A program made the position numbers and the translations under genes. 64,000 nucleotides of DNA, taken from Oscillospiraceae bacterium. Lineage in GTDB: Bacteria > Bacteroidota > Bacteroidia > Bacteroidales > WCHB1-69. This document shows, one piece after another, positions 18,769 to 28,038 of the stretch (positions are counted from its first letter, which is position 1; the number at the start of each line of letters is the position of its first letter). Below the pieces are notes generated by a model. It did not search any database. It saw only the letters and a list, made by a program, of their open reading frames with translations, and was not told where the DNA came from. The DNA is taken from positions 54,792-118,791 of the forward strand of contig CAVEXN010000001.1 in the NCBI GenBank assembly GCA_963620035.1. Direction: 5' to 3'.

Positions 18769-19629
18769 CTATAGGTAACTTTTAAGGTTCTTGTTCTTGC
18801 TGTTTTGGCGCAGGCGTTTCAAGGCACGCTCTTTGATTTGTCTGACTCTCTCTCTCGACAACTCCATGCGGTCGCCGATTTCGTCAAGGGTGTGTTCGTG
18901 TGAGGTGTCAATGCCATAGAAAAGTTTCAGCACTTCCTGCTCTTTCTCGGGCAAAGTCTTCAAAAGGTCATGGATTTCGGAGGAGAGAGACTCCTTTATC
19001 AGGATATTGTCTGTGTCTTCGTCGTTGTCGTGTACGAAAATGTCCACAAAGCGGGTCTCCTCGTTCGGAGAGATGGGCGAGTCGATGGACTGCGGATGAT
19101 TGTTCATCTTCATGATTTCAGAAACCTTGTACACGGGCATGTCAATGGCCTCGGCAATCTCTTCGGTGGTGGGCAGACGTTTGAGCGTTTGCTCCAGACG
19201 GGCGGTCTCTTTTTTTATCTTGTTGATTACGCCGACTTGGTTGAGCGGAAGTCGCACAATACGCGACTGGTCTGCAATGGCTTGCAGGATTGACTGGCGA
19301 ATCCACCAAACTGCGTATGAAATGAACTTGAAGCCGCGGGTTTCGTCAAAGCGTTTGGCGGCTTTTATCAGCCCAACGTTCCCTTCGTTGATGAGGTCCT
19401 GCAAACTGATGCCTTGGTTTTGGTACTGTTTTGCCACAGAAACCACAAAACGCAGGTTTGTCGTGGTCAGTTTATTCAGGGCCTCCTCGTCCCCGGTCTT
19501 GATCTTTCGCGCCAATTCTACCTCTTCCTCTGCGCTGATCATACTCTCCTTGCCGATGTCGGCAAGGTAACGGTCCAATGAAGCAGAATCGCGGTTGGTG
19601 ATTGATTTTGAAATTTTTAATTGTCTCAT
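18769..19629 (-). CDS. rpoD: RNA polymerase primary sigma factor (sigma-A)
   Basis: The 286-aa product has regions 2-4 (FISYAVWWIRQSI, RERVRQIKERALKRLR). The short size is typical of the Bacteroidota primary sigma. Confidence 0.9.
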   Translation of the reverse strand: MRQLKISKSITNRDSASLDRYLADIGKESMISAEEEVELARKIKTGDEEALNKLTTTNLRFVVSVAKQYQNQGISLQDLINEGNVGLIKAAKRFDETRGFKFISYAVWWIRQSILQAIADQSRIVRLPLNQVGVINKIKKETARLEQTLKRLPTTEEIAEAIDMPVYKVSEIMKMNNHPQSIDSPISPNEETRFVDIFVHDNDEDTDNILIKESLSSEIHDLLKTLPEKEQEVLKLFYGIDTSHEHTLDEIGDRMELSRERVRQIKERALKRLRQNSKNKNLKSYL

Positions 19630-19707
19630 ACAATAAATATGTAATAATAAAAAATAAAATTTGACCTATAGGATTTTTTTTTGATTTATATAGAATGCGA
19701 TAGAACC

Positions 19708-20823
19708 TTATCTCCCGATAATCTCCGTTGTACCCTCGTTGTTCAATAAAGTTACATTACGGAGTTTTTTTTCGTGATTTCGGATGAGGGTGACGGATAC
19801 GATATCGCCGGGTGATTTGGTCTTGAGCACGTTGCGCACTTCGGCGAGGCTGTTAGTGGGCAGCCCGCAGATTTCTACGATTACGTCGCCTTCCTGAAAG
19901 TCGTTCTTTGCGGCGGCGCCGTCGGTGTCAACGTCGGTGATGTAGATGCCGCGCACGTCGTCAAGGCCGTACTCTTTGGCCAAGGCCGCATTCAGTTCGG
20001 CAATGGAGACACCCAAAAAGGCAGACTGCACCTTGCCGTATTCTTTCAGGTCTTCATAGACTTTCTTGACAATGTTGGAGGGTATGGCGAAAGAGTATCC
20101 CGTATAGTACCCGTTGCCGGAGGCAATGGCCGTGTTGACGCCGATAAGTTTGCCCGAAGCATTGACTAACGCTCCGCCGCTGTTTCCCGAGTTGACGGCG
20201 GCGTCTGTCTGCAAATAGGTCTCTTCAGTCTTGGTGCGCCCCGTAGTGGTGTTGAGCAAACGTGACTTGGCGCTGATGATGCCCGCGGTCACGGTCGAGG
20301 TGAGGTTCATCGGATTGCCGACGGCCAGCACCCATTGCCCGATCTTGACCGAGTCGGAATTGGCAAATTCGAGATAGGGAAGCCCTTTTTCTTCTATTTT
20401 GACAAGAGCAAGGTCGGAAACGGGGTCGGTCCCCACGATTGTGCCTTGGTATTCGCGTTTGTCATTCAGCGTGATGGTGGCCCGGACCGCATCTTCAACA
20501 ACATGGTTGTTCGTGATGATGTATCCGTCGGCGGAGACAATCACGCCCGAACCCGCCGCCTGAACCGGATAGAGGCTCGGCGCGGATCCGAACAGGTTTT
20601 CCCATATCGTACCTCCGAAGAAATCGTCCCATACGGAATTTTTCTGCATAAATTCCGTCTTGATATATACTACTGCATTCACGGATTCTTCGGCCGCCCG
20701 GGTCAGATCTATCATTCCGTACTGTCCGCCTGATGTCTGGGCGAAATCTGTTCCGGAAAATGAAAAAATGAGTACAATGCTGATTGTCAAGTGTTTAATA
20801 ATGTCGGTCATGTTCTTTTCCAT
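19708..20823 (-). CDS. HtrA/DegP-like serine protease with one PDZ domain
   Basis: It has a signal anchor, catalytic His in ITNNHVV, catalytic Ser in GNSGGAL and a C-terminal PDZ-like segment. The start was moved to MEKNM. Confidence 0.85.
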   Translation of the reverse strand: MEKNMTDIIKHLTISIVLIFSFSGTDFAQTSGGQYGMIDLTRAAEESVNAVVYIKTEFMQKNSVWDDFFGGTIWENLFGSAPSLYPVQAAGSGVIVSADGYIITNNHVVEDAVRATITLNDKREYQGTIVGTDPVSDLALVKIEEKGLPYLEFANSDSVKIGQWVLAVGNPMNLTSTVTAGIISAKSRLLNTTTGRTKTEETYLQTDAAVNSGNSGGALVNASGKLIGVNTAIASGNGYYTGYSFAIPSNIVKKVYEDLKEYGKVQSAFLGVSIAELNAALAKEYGLDDVRGIYITDVDTDGAAAKNDFQEGDVIVEICGLPTNSLAEVRNVLKTKSPGDIVSVTLIRNHEKKLRNVTLLNNEGTTEIIGR

Positions 20824-20905
20824 ATAATTTTCAACGCTATACAGAAGAAATAACGAAAATTGACAAAAAAAATTGCAGATTATTTGCACGGAATGATAAT
20901 TTTTC

Positions 20906-20913
20906 TATCTTTG
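20906..20913 (+). promoter_or_regulatory. -7 promoter box (TATCTTTG) for rplU-rpmA
   Basis: An exact motif lies 37 nt upstream of the rplU ATG. Confidence 0.55.
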
Positions 20914-20949
20914 CAGCCGTTTTAGAAACAAACATAAACAGAAAAAATA

Positions 20950-21261
20950 ATGTATGCAATTGTAGAAATAGCCGGGCAGCAATTCAAGATTGAAAAAGAC
21001 CGCAAGGTCTATGTTCAGCGCCTTCAGGCTGAAGAGGGTACGCAAGTGAAGTTTGACAGCGTACTGTTAGTTGAAAATGACGGCAATGTCAAAATTGGAA
21101 CCCCTACCGTCCCCGGATCTTCCGTAACGGCAACGGTGCTCAAGCATCTCAAAGGCGACAAAGTCCTCGTTTTCAAGAAAAGAAGAAGAAAAGGTTTCCA
21201 GAAATTGAATGGTCATCGTCAATGTCTGACCTCCATTAAAATTGATGACATTACCTTATAG
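20950..21261 (+). CDS. rplU: 50S ribosomal protein L21
   Basis: MYAIVEIAGQQFKIEKD... shows full-length L21 similarity. Confidence 0.95.
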   Translation: MYAIVEIAGQQFKIEKDRKVYVQRLQAEEGTQVKFDSVLLVENDGNVKIGTPTVPGSSVTATVLKHLKGDKVLVFKKRRRKGFQKLNGHRQCLTSIKIDDITL

Positions 21262-21291
21262 TTATCATTAGTTAAAATAAGAAAATAGAAT

Positions 21292-21561
21292 ATGGCACAT
21301 AAAAAAGGCGTCGGCAGTTCACAGAACGGACGCGAATCAGCAAGCAAAAGATTGGGTCTTAAGATTTTTGGCGGTCAATTCGCCAAAGCCGGCAACATTA
21401 TCGTTCGCCAAAGAGGTACGGTTCACAATCCGGGACAGAATGTGGGAATGGGAAGAGATCATACTTTGTATGCACTCATCGACGGAACCGTTACTTTCAA
21501 GAGAACCCATAAGGATAGATCATATGTTTCTGTGATTCCTATTCAGGAGACGCGGAACTAA
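21292..21561 (+). CDS. rpmA: 50S ribosomal protein L27
   Basis: [16 protein letters not shown]...[10 protein letters not shown] is the canonical L27 sequence. Confidence 0.95.
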   Translation: MAHKKGVGSSQNGRESASKRLGLKIFGGQFAKAGNIIVRQRGTVHNPGQNVGMGRDHTLYALIDGTVTFKRTHKDRSYVSVIPIQETRN

Positions 21562-21594
21562 TGATATTTTGTTCATAATGTTTGATTTTAAAAA

Positions 21595-21621
21595 AGGTCC
21601 CTCCCCAAAGGGGCCTTTTTT
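21595..21621 (+). terminator. probable intrinsic terminator after rpmA
   Basis: A CCCC-AAA-GGGG core hairpin with outer pairs is followed by TTTTTT. Confidence 0.5.
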
Positions 21622-21662
21622 ATTACATGCGTTTTCCTGAAAACTAACCGATGAAAGAAGCG

Positions 21663-22415
21663 TTATTGTTCCCCTTTTAGGATGTCGGCAATGTGGATGA
21701 CTTCAAAGTCAAGGCCATGCGCTTCCTTATATGCATCCAGATGTTGAAGACAATGGATGTCAGTGGAGGTGATGTAGTCTATGTGGGATGTTTCTGTGAT
21801 TTTCCTGACAATTTCTCCCGTAAGACATTCCATACTCGTGGGATTTGACAAGGCAAAACGCCCATTGGCGCCGCAGCAGGTGTTCATCTCCTCGTTTTGC
21901 ATCAAATTGAGTCCTTTCGTGTTGCGCAGCAGGGTTTCGGGGGCGTCATTCGAGGGATAGAGGTTGTGCGCGGCGCATGATTTGAAGTAGAAGACATCAC
22001 CCTCAAACGTATTGTCCAGACAGTCTATGTGCTTGACGTTGACAATATAGTCGCACAATTCCCAGACGTTACCGGAAAAAAGGTCAAGGTCTTTGTTCTG
22101 AACAGAGTTTTCCAGTATTTTCCGATAATCCTTTTTCATATATCCTGCGCAACCACAGTCGGGAATCACAAACGGAAACTTTACTTTCTTGTTATATTCT
22201 TCATAATTCTGTAACATCTGACTTGCCAGATCTTCGGCATATTCCAGTTCTCCCTCCATAAAGAAGCGTCGTCCGCAGCAGGTCTGCTCTTCAAAATACT
22301 GGATCTTGATGCCGATGCGTTCCAGTATGCTGATGACGCTGAATGCCGTGTTTGGCTGGAACATATCCATCTGGCAGGGAATGAATAAGTTGACGATGTT
22401 GCTATTGGTATCCAT
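21663..22415 (-). CDS. (Fe-S)-binding protein with two CCG domains (LutA/YkgE/GlpC-C-terminal type)
   Basis: It has two CCG motifs (EEQTCCGRRF and MNTCCGANG) and an N-terminal segment VNLFIPCQMDMF, as in LutA-like proteins. The start was moved to MDTNSN, because the ORF-track extension overlaps the nrdJ 3' end. Confidence 0.7.
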   Translation of the reverse strand: MDTNSNIVNLFIPCQMDMFQPNTAFSVISILERIGIKIQYFEEQTCCGRRFFMEGELEYAEDLASQMLQNYEEYNKKVKFPFVIPDCGCAGYMKKDYRKILENSVQNKDLDLFSGNVWELCDYIVNVKHIDCLDNTFEGDVFYFKSCAAHNLYPSNDAPETLLRNTKGLNLMQNEEMNTCCGANGRFALSNPTSMECLTGEIVRKITETSHIDYITSTDIHCLQHLDAYKEAHGLDFEVIHIADILKGEQ

Positions 22416-22435
22416 TGTTTCTTCTTTTTTCTTGA

Positions 22436-25111
22436 TTAGGCCCCGCACTTGGAGTACCCGCAATTGGAACAAACCAGGCAGCCCTCTTTGAACTCCATAG
22501 AGTCGAGGCGGTGGCAGTTCGGGCATTCCACGCCTTTCTGCTTGGTGCCGTCCTGGATGAACTTCTTGAGAGCCCGGCATACACCGTTGCGCCATGAGTT
22601 GATGCTTTCTTGCCTAAAATTGAGTCCGGAGATGATGTTGACGATATTGTTGACTGGTATGCCGTTGCGCAGCAATGCGGAGGTCATCTTGGCATAATTC
22701 CAGAATTCCTGATTAAAACAACGGTCTAGTCCGCGCATGATGACTTCATATCCGGCCTTGTCGTAAAACCTGAAGTCGTATGATTTTGTGCCGTCTTCGT
22801 GTCTGTTCTTGACGATGAACCCATGCTCAACCCACTTGGGCAGTTGGAAATTCTCTTCGCCGGTCTTGCCTGTGAAGATTTCGTATGGTTTGTCGTTATA
22901 GAGTCCGATATAGGCGACCCAGTCTTCGTTGTTGTTCTTGAAGTGGATGATGTCCGCTTGCAGTTCTCTGGGACGTTTGAAATTCTTGGGCTGGGCGGTG
23001 ACTTTTTCGGTTTTTTTCTCGCTTGTAGGGGTGATGAGCACACCGTCGCGCGAACCTTCCCGATATACGGTGAGCCCTTTGCAGCCTACTTTCCAAGCTT
23101 CCATATAGAGGTCGGCTACGGTCTGCTCCGAGATGTCGGCGGGCAGATTCACGGTGACGGAAATGGAGTGGTCAACCCATTTCTGTACGGAACCCTGAAG
23201 TTCGACTTTTTTGAGATAGTCCGTATCGGCGGCGGTGGATTTATAGTACGGCGACTTTTCAAACAGTTGTTGCAGTTCTTTTTCGTCCATCCGGGTCATT
23301 TGCTCGTAAGTATAGCCGTTCACTTCGGCCCATTTAAGGAACTTCTGGTGAAAAACGAGATATTCTTCGAAACTGTCACCCATCACGTCCTTCACCGTGG
23401 TTTTTTTGATGGCCATATCGTTCGGGTTGACTTTCCGGCGGCGTTTGTAGATGACGTTGAATGCGGGTTCGAGCCCGGATGTGGTTTGGGTGCAGATGCT
23501 CACGCTTCCCGTGGGAGCGATGGTCAGCAGGGCAATGTTGCGCCGTCCGTAGCGGATCATATCGTCGTATAGTTTCGGGTCGGCTTGTCGCAACCTTTGG
23601 ATGAAAGGGTTGTGCCCCTCTTTTATGCAACTGTAAATAGGGAAAGCCCCGCGCTCTTTGGCCATGTTCACAGAGGAACGGTATGCTGCGAGCGCCAGTT
23701 GCTTGTGGACCTCTGTAGAGAATGCGTTGCCCTCGTCAGAGCCGTAGCGGATGTTCAATGCGGCAAGCATATCGCCTTCACCTGTAATGCCGAGCCCCGT
23801 GCGCCTTCCTTTGGCGGACTGCAGGCGGATCTTGAGCCAGAGTTCCTTCTCCACCCGTTTGATGTCATCGCTTTCAGGGTCGAGTGCAATTTTCGCCAAA
23901 ATACGGTCGATCTTTTCCATCTCAAGGTCGATGAGGTCGTCCATCAGCCGTTGGGCATACTGTACGTGCTCTTTGAAGAGCGGCATATTGAAAAAGGCCT
24001 TGTCTGTGAAAGGACTTTCCACATAACTGTAGAGGTTTATGGCTATCAGGCGGCAGCTGTCGTAAGGGCAGAGCGGGATTTCTCCGCATGGGTTCGTCGA
24101 TACGGTTCCGAAGCCTTCGTCCTTGTAGCAGTCGGGCACAGACTCGCGCAGGATGGTGTCCCAATAGAGGACACCGGGTTCAGCCGATTTCCAGGCGTTG
24201 TGTATGATTTTCTTCCAAAGTTTTGCCGCATCAATCTCTTTTGTGAAGACGGGGTCGGCTGAATTGATAGGGTATTGCAGGACGTAAGGAGTGTTGTCAC
24301 GTACGCACTCCATGAAATTGTCGTCGATTTTGACGGAGACATTGGCGCCGGTGACTTTCCCCTCGGTCATTTTGGCATCGATGAATTGTTCGGAATCGGG
24401 GTGTTTGATGGAAATGGAGAGCATGAGTGCGCCGCGTCTTCCGTCTTGTGCCACCTCGCGCGTAGAGTTGGAATAGCGTTCCATAAACGGTACTACGCCG
24501 GTAGAACTCTGGGCGCAGTTCTGCACGCGGCTGCCTGCCGGGCGGATGTCGGAAAGGTCGTGGCCCACGCCGCCGCGCCGTTTCATCAGCTGCACCTGCT
24601 CTTCGTCCATCTTCATAATGCCGCCGTAGGAGTCGGAGTCGCCGGCATTGCCGATGACGAAGCAGTTGGACAGGGAAACAATCTGGTCATTGTTGCCGAT
24701 CCCGGCCATCGGGCTGCCTTGCGGGATGATGTACTTGAAGCGGTCGAACAGCGAGAAGATGAAATCTTCACTCATCGGGTTCACGTAGCGGTTTTCGATG
24801 CGGGCGAACTCGCATGCGAGACGCCGGTGCATCTCTTCGGGCGTCCGTTCTACAAGGTTTCCGTCCTTGTCTTTCAGCGCATACTTGTCAATCCATACAC
24901 CGGCTGCCAGTTCATCGCCGCAGAAATACTTCACCACATCGGCGAAAATCTCCGTCTTGGCGTATGTTTTTCGGTTCTCCGGCTGCGGTGTGGAAGCCCC
25001 TGATTCTTGTGCCTTTGTCTGACTCGTGTTGTCAGGCGTGTTGTGGCTTTCAGATGCGTTCTCGTCAAGGGCAGTGTTATTATTTGATACAAAAAGGGAT
25101 AAATCAGTCAT
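22436..25111 (-). CDS. nrdJ: class II (adenosylcobalamin-dependent) ribonucleotide reductase
   Basis: It has the active-site segment STNPCGEIPL and a class II-like length and domain order. The C-terminal Cys-rich tail is CPNCHRLDSMEFKEGCLVCSNCGYSKCG. The start was set at MTDLSLF; alternatives exist up to 25165. Confidence 0.85.
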   Translation of the reverse strand: MTDLSLFVSNNNTALDENASESHNTPDNTSQTKAQESGASTPQPENRKTYAKTEIFADVVKYFCGDELAAGVWIDKYALKDKDGNLVERTPEEMHRRLACEFARIENRYVNPMSEDFIFSLFDRFKYIIPQGSPMAGIGNNDQIVSLSNCFVIGNAGDSDSYGGIMKMDEEQVQLMKRRGGVGHDLSDIRPAGSRVQNCAQSSTGVVPFMERYSNSTREVAQDGRRGALMLSISIKHPDSEQFIDAKMTEGKVTGANVSVKIDDNFMECVRDNTPYVLQYPINSADPVFTKEIDAAKLWKKIIHNAWKSAEPGVLYWDTILRESVPDCYKDEGFGTVSTNPCGEIPLCPYDSCRLIAINLYSYVESPFTDKAFFNMPLFKEHVQYAQRLMDDLIDLEMEKIDRILAKIALDPESDDIKRVEKELWLKIRLQSAKGRRTGLGITGEGDMLAALNIRYGSDEGNAFSTEVHKQLALAAYRSSVNMAKERGAFPIYSCIKEGHNPFIQRLRQADPKLYDDMIRYGRRNIALLTIAPTGSVSICTQTTSGLEPAFNVIYKRRRKVNPNDMAIKKTTVKDVMGDSFEEYLVFHQKFLKWAEVNGYTYEQMTRMDEKELQQLFEKSPYYKSTAADTDYLKKVELQGSVQKWVDHSISVTVNLPADISEQTVADLYMEAWKVGCKGLTVYREGSRDGVLITPTSEKKTEKVTAQPKNFKRPRELQADIIHFKNNNEDWVAYIGLYNDKPYEIFTGKTGEENFQLPKWVEHGFIVKNRHEDGTKSYDFRFYDKAGYEVIMRGLDRCFNQEFWNYAKMTSALLRNGIPVNNIVNIISGLNFRQESINSWRNGVCRALKKFIQDGTKQKGVECPNCHRLDSMEFKEGCLVCSNCGYSKCGA

Positions 25112-25545
25112 AGGCAATGATCGGCGTTTATATGTTCGTTTTCTTCTTTTCTTTTCCATAAACATACAGCGCAGATTTCAGTTTCTTGATTCGGAAAAAA
25201 ACGTAATAGTTTATCCTAAAAATAGTTGTCACATTTTCTGCCTCGGCTGTATGAGGTTGCTAAAATAGCAAAAAATGGTGCAAACTGAAAAAAAACCTGA
25301 CGGATATGTTATTAACAATATTATGTTGACAGTGCTTCAGCGATCAACAGAAATCGCCATGATAGAAATAGACGCATTTCTTTTTCTTTTAATATGCCGG
25401 ATGGTGTCAACGACAGTGTCAGCGGTGCCATGCAACACGTTCAGACGTTTGGAAATGCAACTCGATAATTGTTGCGAGACTGATTTCTATGTATTGTGTG
25501 TCAATATGATAAAACATAATGGAGAGCCGCTGTGTTGTATATGCA

Positions 25546-26487
25546 TCACAAGCATAATGCAGCCGCTCCCAGCAGGGCGGCGTCGCCGTCGGGGAGGGCA
25601 GAGCGCTGCAAGGTAACACTGCCCTGATACAGGAAGAGAAGATGGTCGCTGAAATACTTCCGCAGCGGTGTAAGGAGGATGTCGCCCACCCGCGTGGGAC
25701 CTCCGGTGAGGAAGATGGCTTGCGGCGATGAGAAGTTCACGGCATTGGCAAGTGCGATGCCTAAGGCGTAAGCCGCCCGGTCGTAAGCCGCCGCTGCCGT
25801 GGGGTCGCCTGCGGCTGCATGCTCGCCGATTTGCTTGCAGGTGAGATTCTCGGTCTGTGCGAGTGTGAACGGATTTCCTTGATTTTTAAGCAACTCTTTG
25901 TAATTGTAGCAGATACCGTCTGCCGAGGCGTATGCTTCGAGGCATCCTCTGCGCCCGCAGTGACAGGTTCTTCCGGCGGGAAACACGGTGCTGTGACCAA
26001 GTTCACCTGCGAGTCCGGAATGTCCGTGTACGATTTTTCCGTCAATCACAATGCCGCTGCCCACGCCGGTGCCGAGCGTGATCATGATGATGTCGCGCAT
26101 GCCCGCCGCCCCGCCGAACATCAGTTCTCCGTATGCCGCCGCATTGGCGTCATTGTCCACCGTGACAGGCACCCCCAGATCTTTCTCAAGAATCTGTTTC
26201 AGCGGGATGCACTCTTTGATGGGCAGGTTGGCGGCCTGCGCCTCTATGCAGCCTTTGTAAAAGTTGCCGCTCGGTGCACCAATGCCGATGCCTTGTACAC
26301 CGGCAGTGCCACAAGCAGCCGTTAAACGGGCTGTGTTTTCCTCTACCGCACCGATGTATTGTGGAATGCTGCGGTAGTCTTGGGTCTTGATAGAACTTCT
26401 CTCTACAATCTTGCCCCGGCTGTCCACCAGCCCGAAAACGGTGTTGGTTCCGCCGATGTCTATACCGATGCAGGGTTTGTTTTCCAT
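25546..26487 (-). CDS. ROK family sugar kinase (glucokinase-like)
   Basis: It has GIDIGGTN and the ROK zinc motif CHCGRRGCLE. Confidence 0.85.
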   Translation of the reverse strand: MENKPCIGIDIGGTNTVFGLVDSRGKIVERSSIKTQDYRSIPQYIGAVEENTARLTAACGTAGVQGIGIGAPSGNFYKGCIEAQAANLPIKECIPLKQILEKDLGVPVTVDNDANAAAYGELMFGGAAGMRDIIMITLGTGVGSGIVIDGKIVHGHSGLAGELGHSTVFPAGRTCHCGRRGCLEAYASADGICYNYKELLKNQGNPFTLAQTENLTCKQIGEHAAAGDPTAAAAYDRAAYALGIALANAVNFSSPQAIFLTGGPTRVGDILLTPLRKYFSDHLLFLYQGSVTLQRSALPDGDAALLGAAALCL

Positions 26488-26499
26488 AATATGTTCCGT

Positions 26500-27522
26500 T
26501 CAGCGTTTGATGTTCCGTCTGTTCAATGCTGCCCTGTAACGCATAGCGTTCCTGGCATGTTGGCTCGCACTTGGCGTAAAGTTGTGGAATCCGGAAAAAT
26601 CTTCCTTGGCACACATATATAAATAATTGTGGTGGGCATAATGCAGAACCGAGTCAACCGTGGAGGCTTCCGGAAAGCGTATGGGACCGGGCGGCAACCC
26701 CTTGAATTTGTATGTGTTGTACGGCGAGTCTGTCTGCAGGTCGGCGTTCAGGATCCGCTGGCGCGTGAAATCACGCAACGCAAACTTTACGGTGGGGTCC
26801 GATTGCAAAAGCATGTTCTTTTTCAGTCGGTTTATATAGAGCCCCGCAATGACGGCTTTCTCCGACGGCCGGCTGTTCTCTTCTTCAACGATCGAGGCCA
26901 GCGTCACCACCTCTATGGGGGAGAGCCCGATGGCTTCGGCGCGCTCCAGCCGGTTTTTGTCCCAAAACAGCTGGTAGTACCGGAACATCCGGTTTACAAA
27001 GTCTTCGGGTGTGACATCATAGTAGAACTCGTAACTGTCGGGGATGAACATTGCCGGGCATGTAAAGATGTCCATGTTGTATTTTTTCAGGAATGCAGGG
27101 TCGTACAGCAAAGCCAACAACTCGTCTTTGCTGAAAAAGAATGTGTTGGAAGCCTTCTCTGCAAACTGGTCGAGGGTTCTGACATTGTTGAACGAGAAAC
27201 GGACGGGATAGTGTTGTCCGGTGCGCAGCAGCCTGACTAATTTGTAATTGCTCATTTTGGGCGTGATGGTGTAGTGCCCTATGCGTACCGTTTTGAATTT
27301 CATGGCCTTGGAGACCAGATAAAAAGTAGTCTCGCTCCGCAGGATGCCGTGGCTTTCCAGCGTGTCGAGCAACTGTTCGTAGTCGGCGTCGCGCGGCACG
27401 GTGACGGAGACGGCTGTCCTGTTCAGCGTGTTGGGACCGAATATGACAAAGCCGGCGGCACCGCATGTCAGCAGTATGAAAAGACCTGTAATGCTCAAGA
27501 AAATGATTGATTTGCGCTTCAT
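26500..27522 (-). CDS. mltG: endolytic murein transglycosylase MltG (YceG-like)
   Basis: It has an N-terminal TM anchor and a YceG-like body (ASIVEEE..., SPYNTYKFKGLPPGPI). Confidence 0.85.
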   Translation of the reverse strand: MKRKSIIFLSITGLFILLTCGAAGFVIFGPNTLNRTAVSVTVPRDADYEQLLDTLESHGILRSETTFYLVSKAMKFKTVRIGHYTITPKMSNYKLVRLLRTGQHYPVRFSFNNVRTLDQFAEKASNTFFFSKDELLALLYDPAFLKKYNMDIFTCPAMFIPDSYEFYYDVTPEDFVNRMFRYYQLFWDKNRLERAEAIGLSPIEVVTLASIVEEENSRPSEKAVIAGLYINRLKKNMLLQSDPTVKFALRDFTRQRILNADLQTDSPYNTYKFKGLPPGPIRFPEASTVDSVLHYAHHNYLYMCAKEDFSGFHNFTPSASQHARNAMRYRAALNRRNIKR

Positions 27523-27686
27523 CTTAAATGATATGTTGAAAAAAAACTTAAACAGGTTGAGCGTTCAACGAAAACAGGCGCAAATTATTATGATCAATGA
27601 TGCAAAAAAAGTAGCCCAACCCCCAATGCGATTATCGTTCGGCATCCGCACTTTTTTCCCTTACCCGTCCAGCTTCATATTTTTTG

Positions 27687-27694
27687 TATCTTTG
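27687..27694 (+). promoter_or_regulatory. -7 promoter box (TATCTTTG) for the hydrogenase-maturation unit
   Basis: An exact motif lies 42 nt upstream of the ATG at 27736. Confidence 0.5.
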
Positions 27695-27735
27695 CCGGCT
27701 GAAAAAAACAACTACCTAATCCAGAAGTGTCACTG

Positions 27736-27984
27736 ATGGAAAAGCGAATTGGAACAATAACAATACTTGTGCTCGACCGCAGCGTTGCGCCGATGGTGAA
27801 CAGCGTGATTTCAGACAATGCTGAGATTGTGCTTGCGCGCCAAGGGCTTCCTTTTCAACACCGCAATGTGGCGGTCATCTCGCTGATTGTTGAGGGGACG
27901 GTCAATGAGATCAATACACTTTCCGGGAAATTAGGCAGAATCGACTTTGTAGAAGTAAAGGTGGCTGTCACCAAACTTGCGTAA
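27736..27984 (+). CDS. TM1266-like putative iron-only hydrogenase system regulator (small ACT-like protein)
   Basis: The 82-aa product (MEKRIGTITILVLDR...ISLIVEGTVNEINTLSGKLGRI) lies immediately upstream of hydG. This is the context known for this family. Confidence 0.6.
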   Translation: MEKRIGTITILVLDRSVAPMVNSVISDNAEIVLARQGLPFQHRNVAVISLIVEGTVNEINTLSGKLGRIDFVEVKVAVTKLA

Positions 27985-28038
27985 CATGTCGCTTTTTGAA
28001 TGATTTTTACACAAAAACAACAAATAATACATAAAGCA

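Noticed and set aside
25112-25545. A cobalamin riboswitch might precede the B12-dependent nrdJ.
   Set aside because: I found no B12-box or conserved core strings on either strand. Biologically, B12 riboswitches normally repress B12-independent isozymes or B12 uptake and synthesis genes, not nrdJ.
25275-25616. A 113-aa plus-strand ORF lies in the nrdJ upstream region.
   Set aside because: Its sequence is junk-like, it runs into the 3' end of the ROK kinase gene on the opposite strand, and it has no promoter box.
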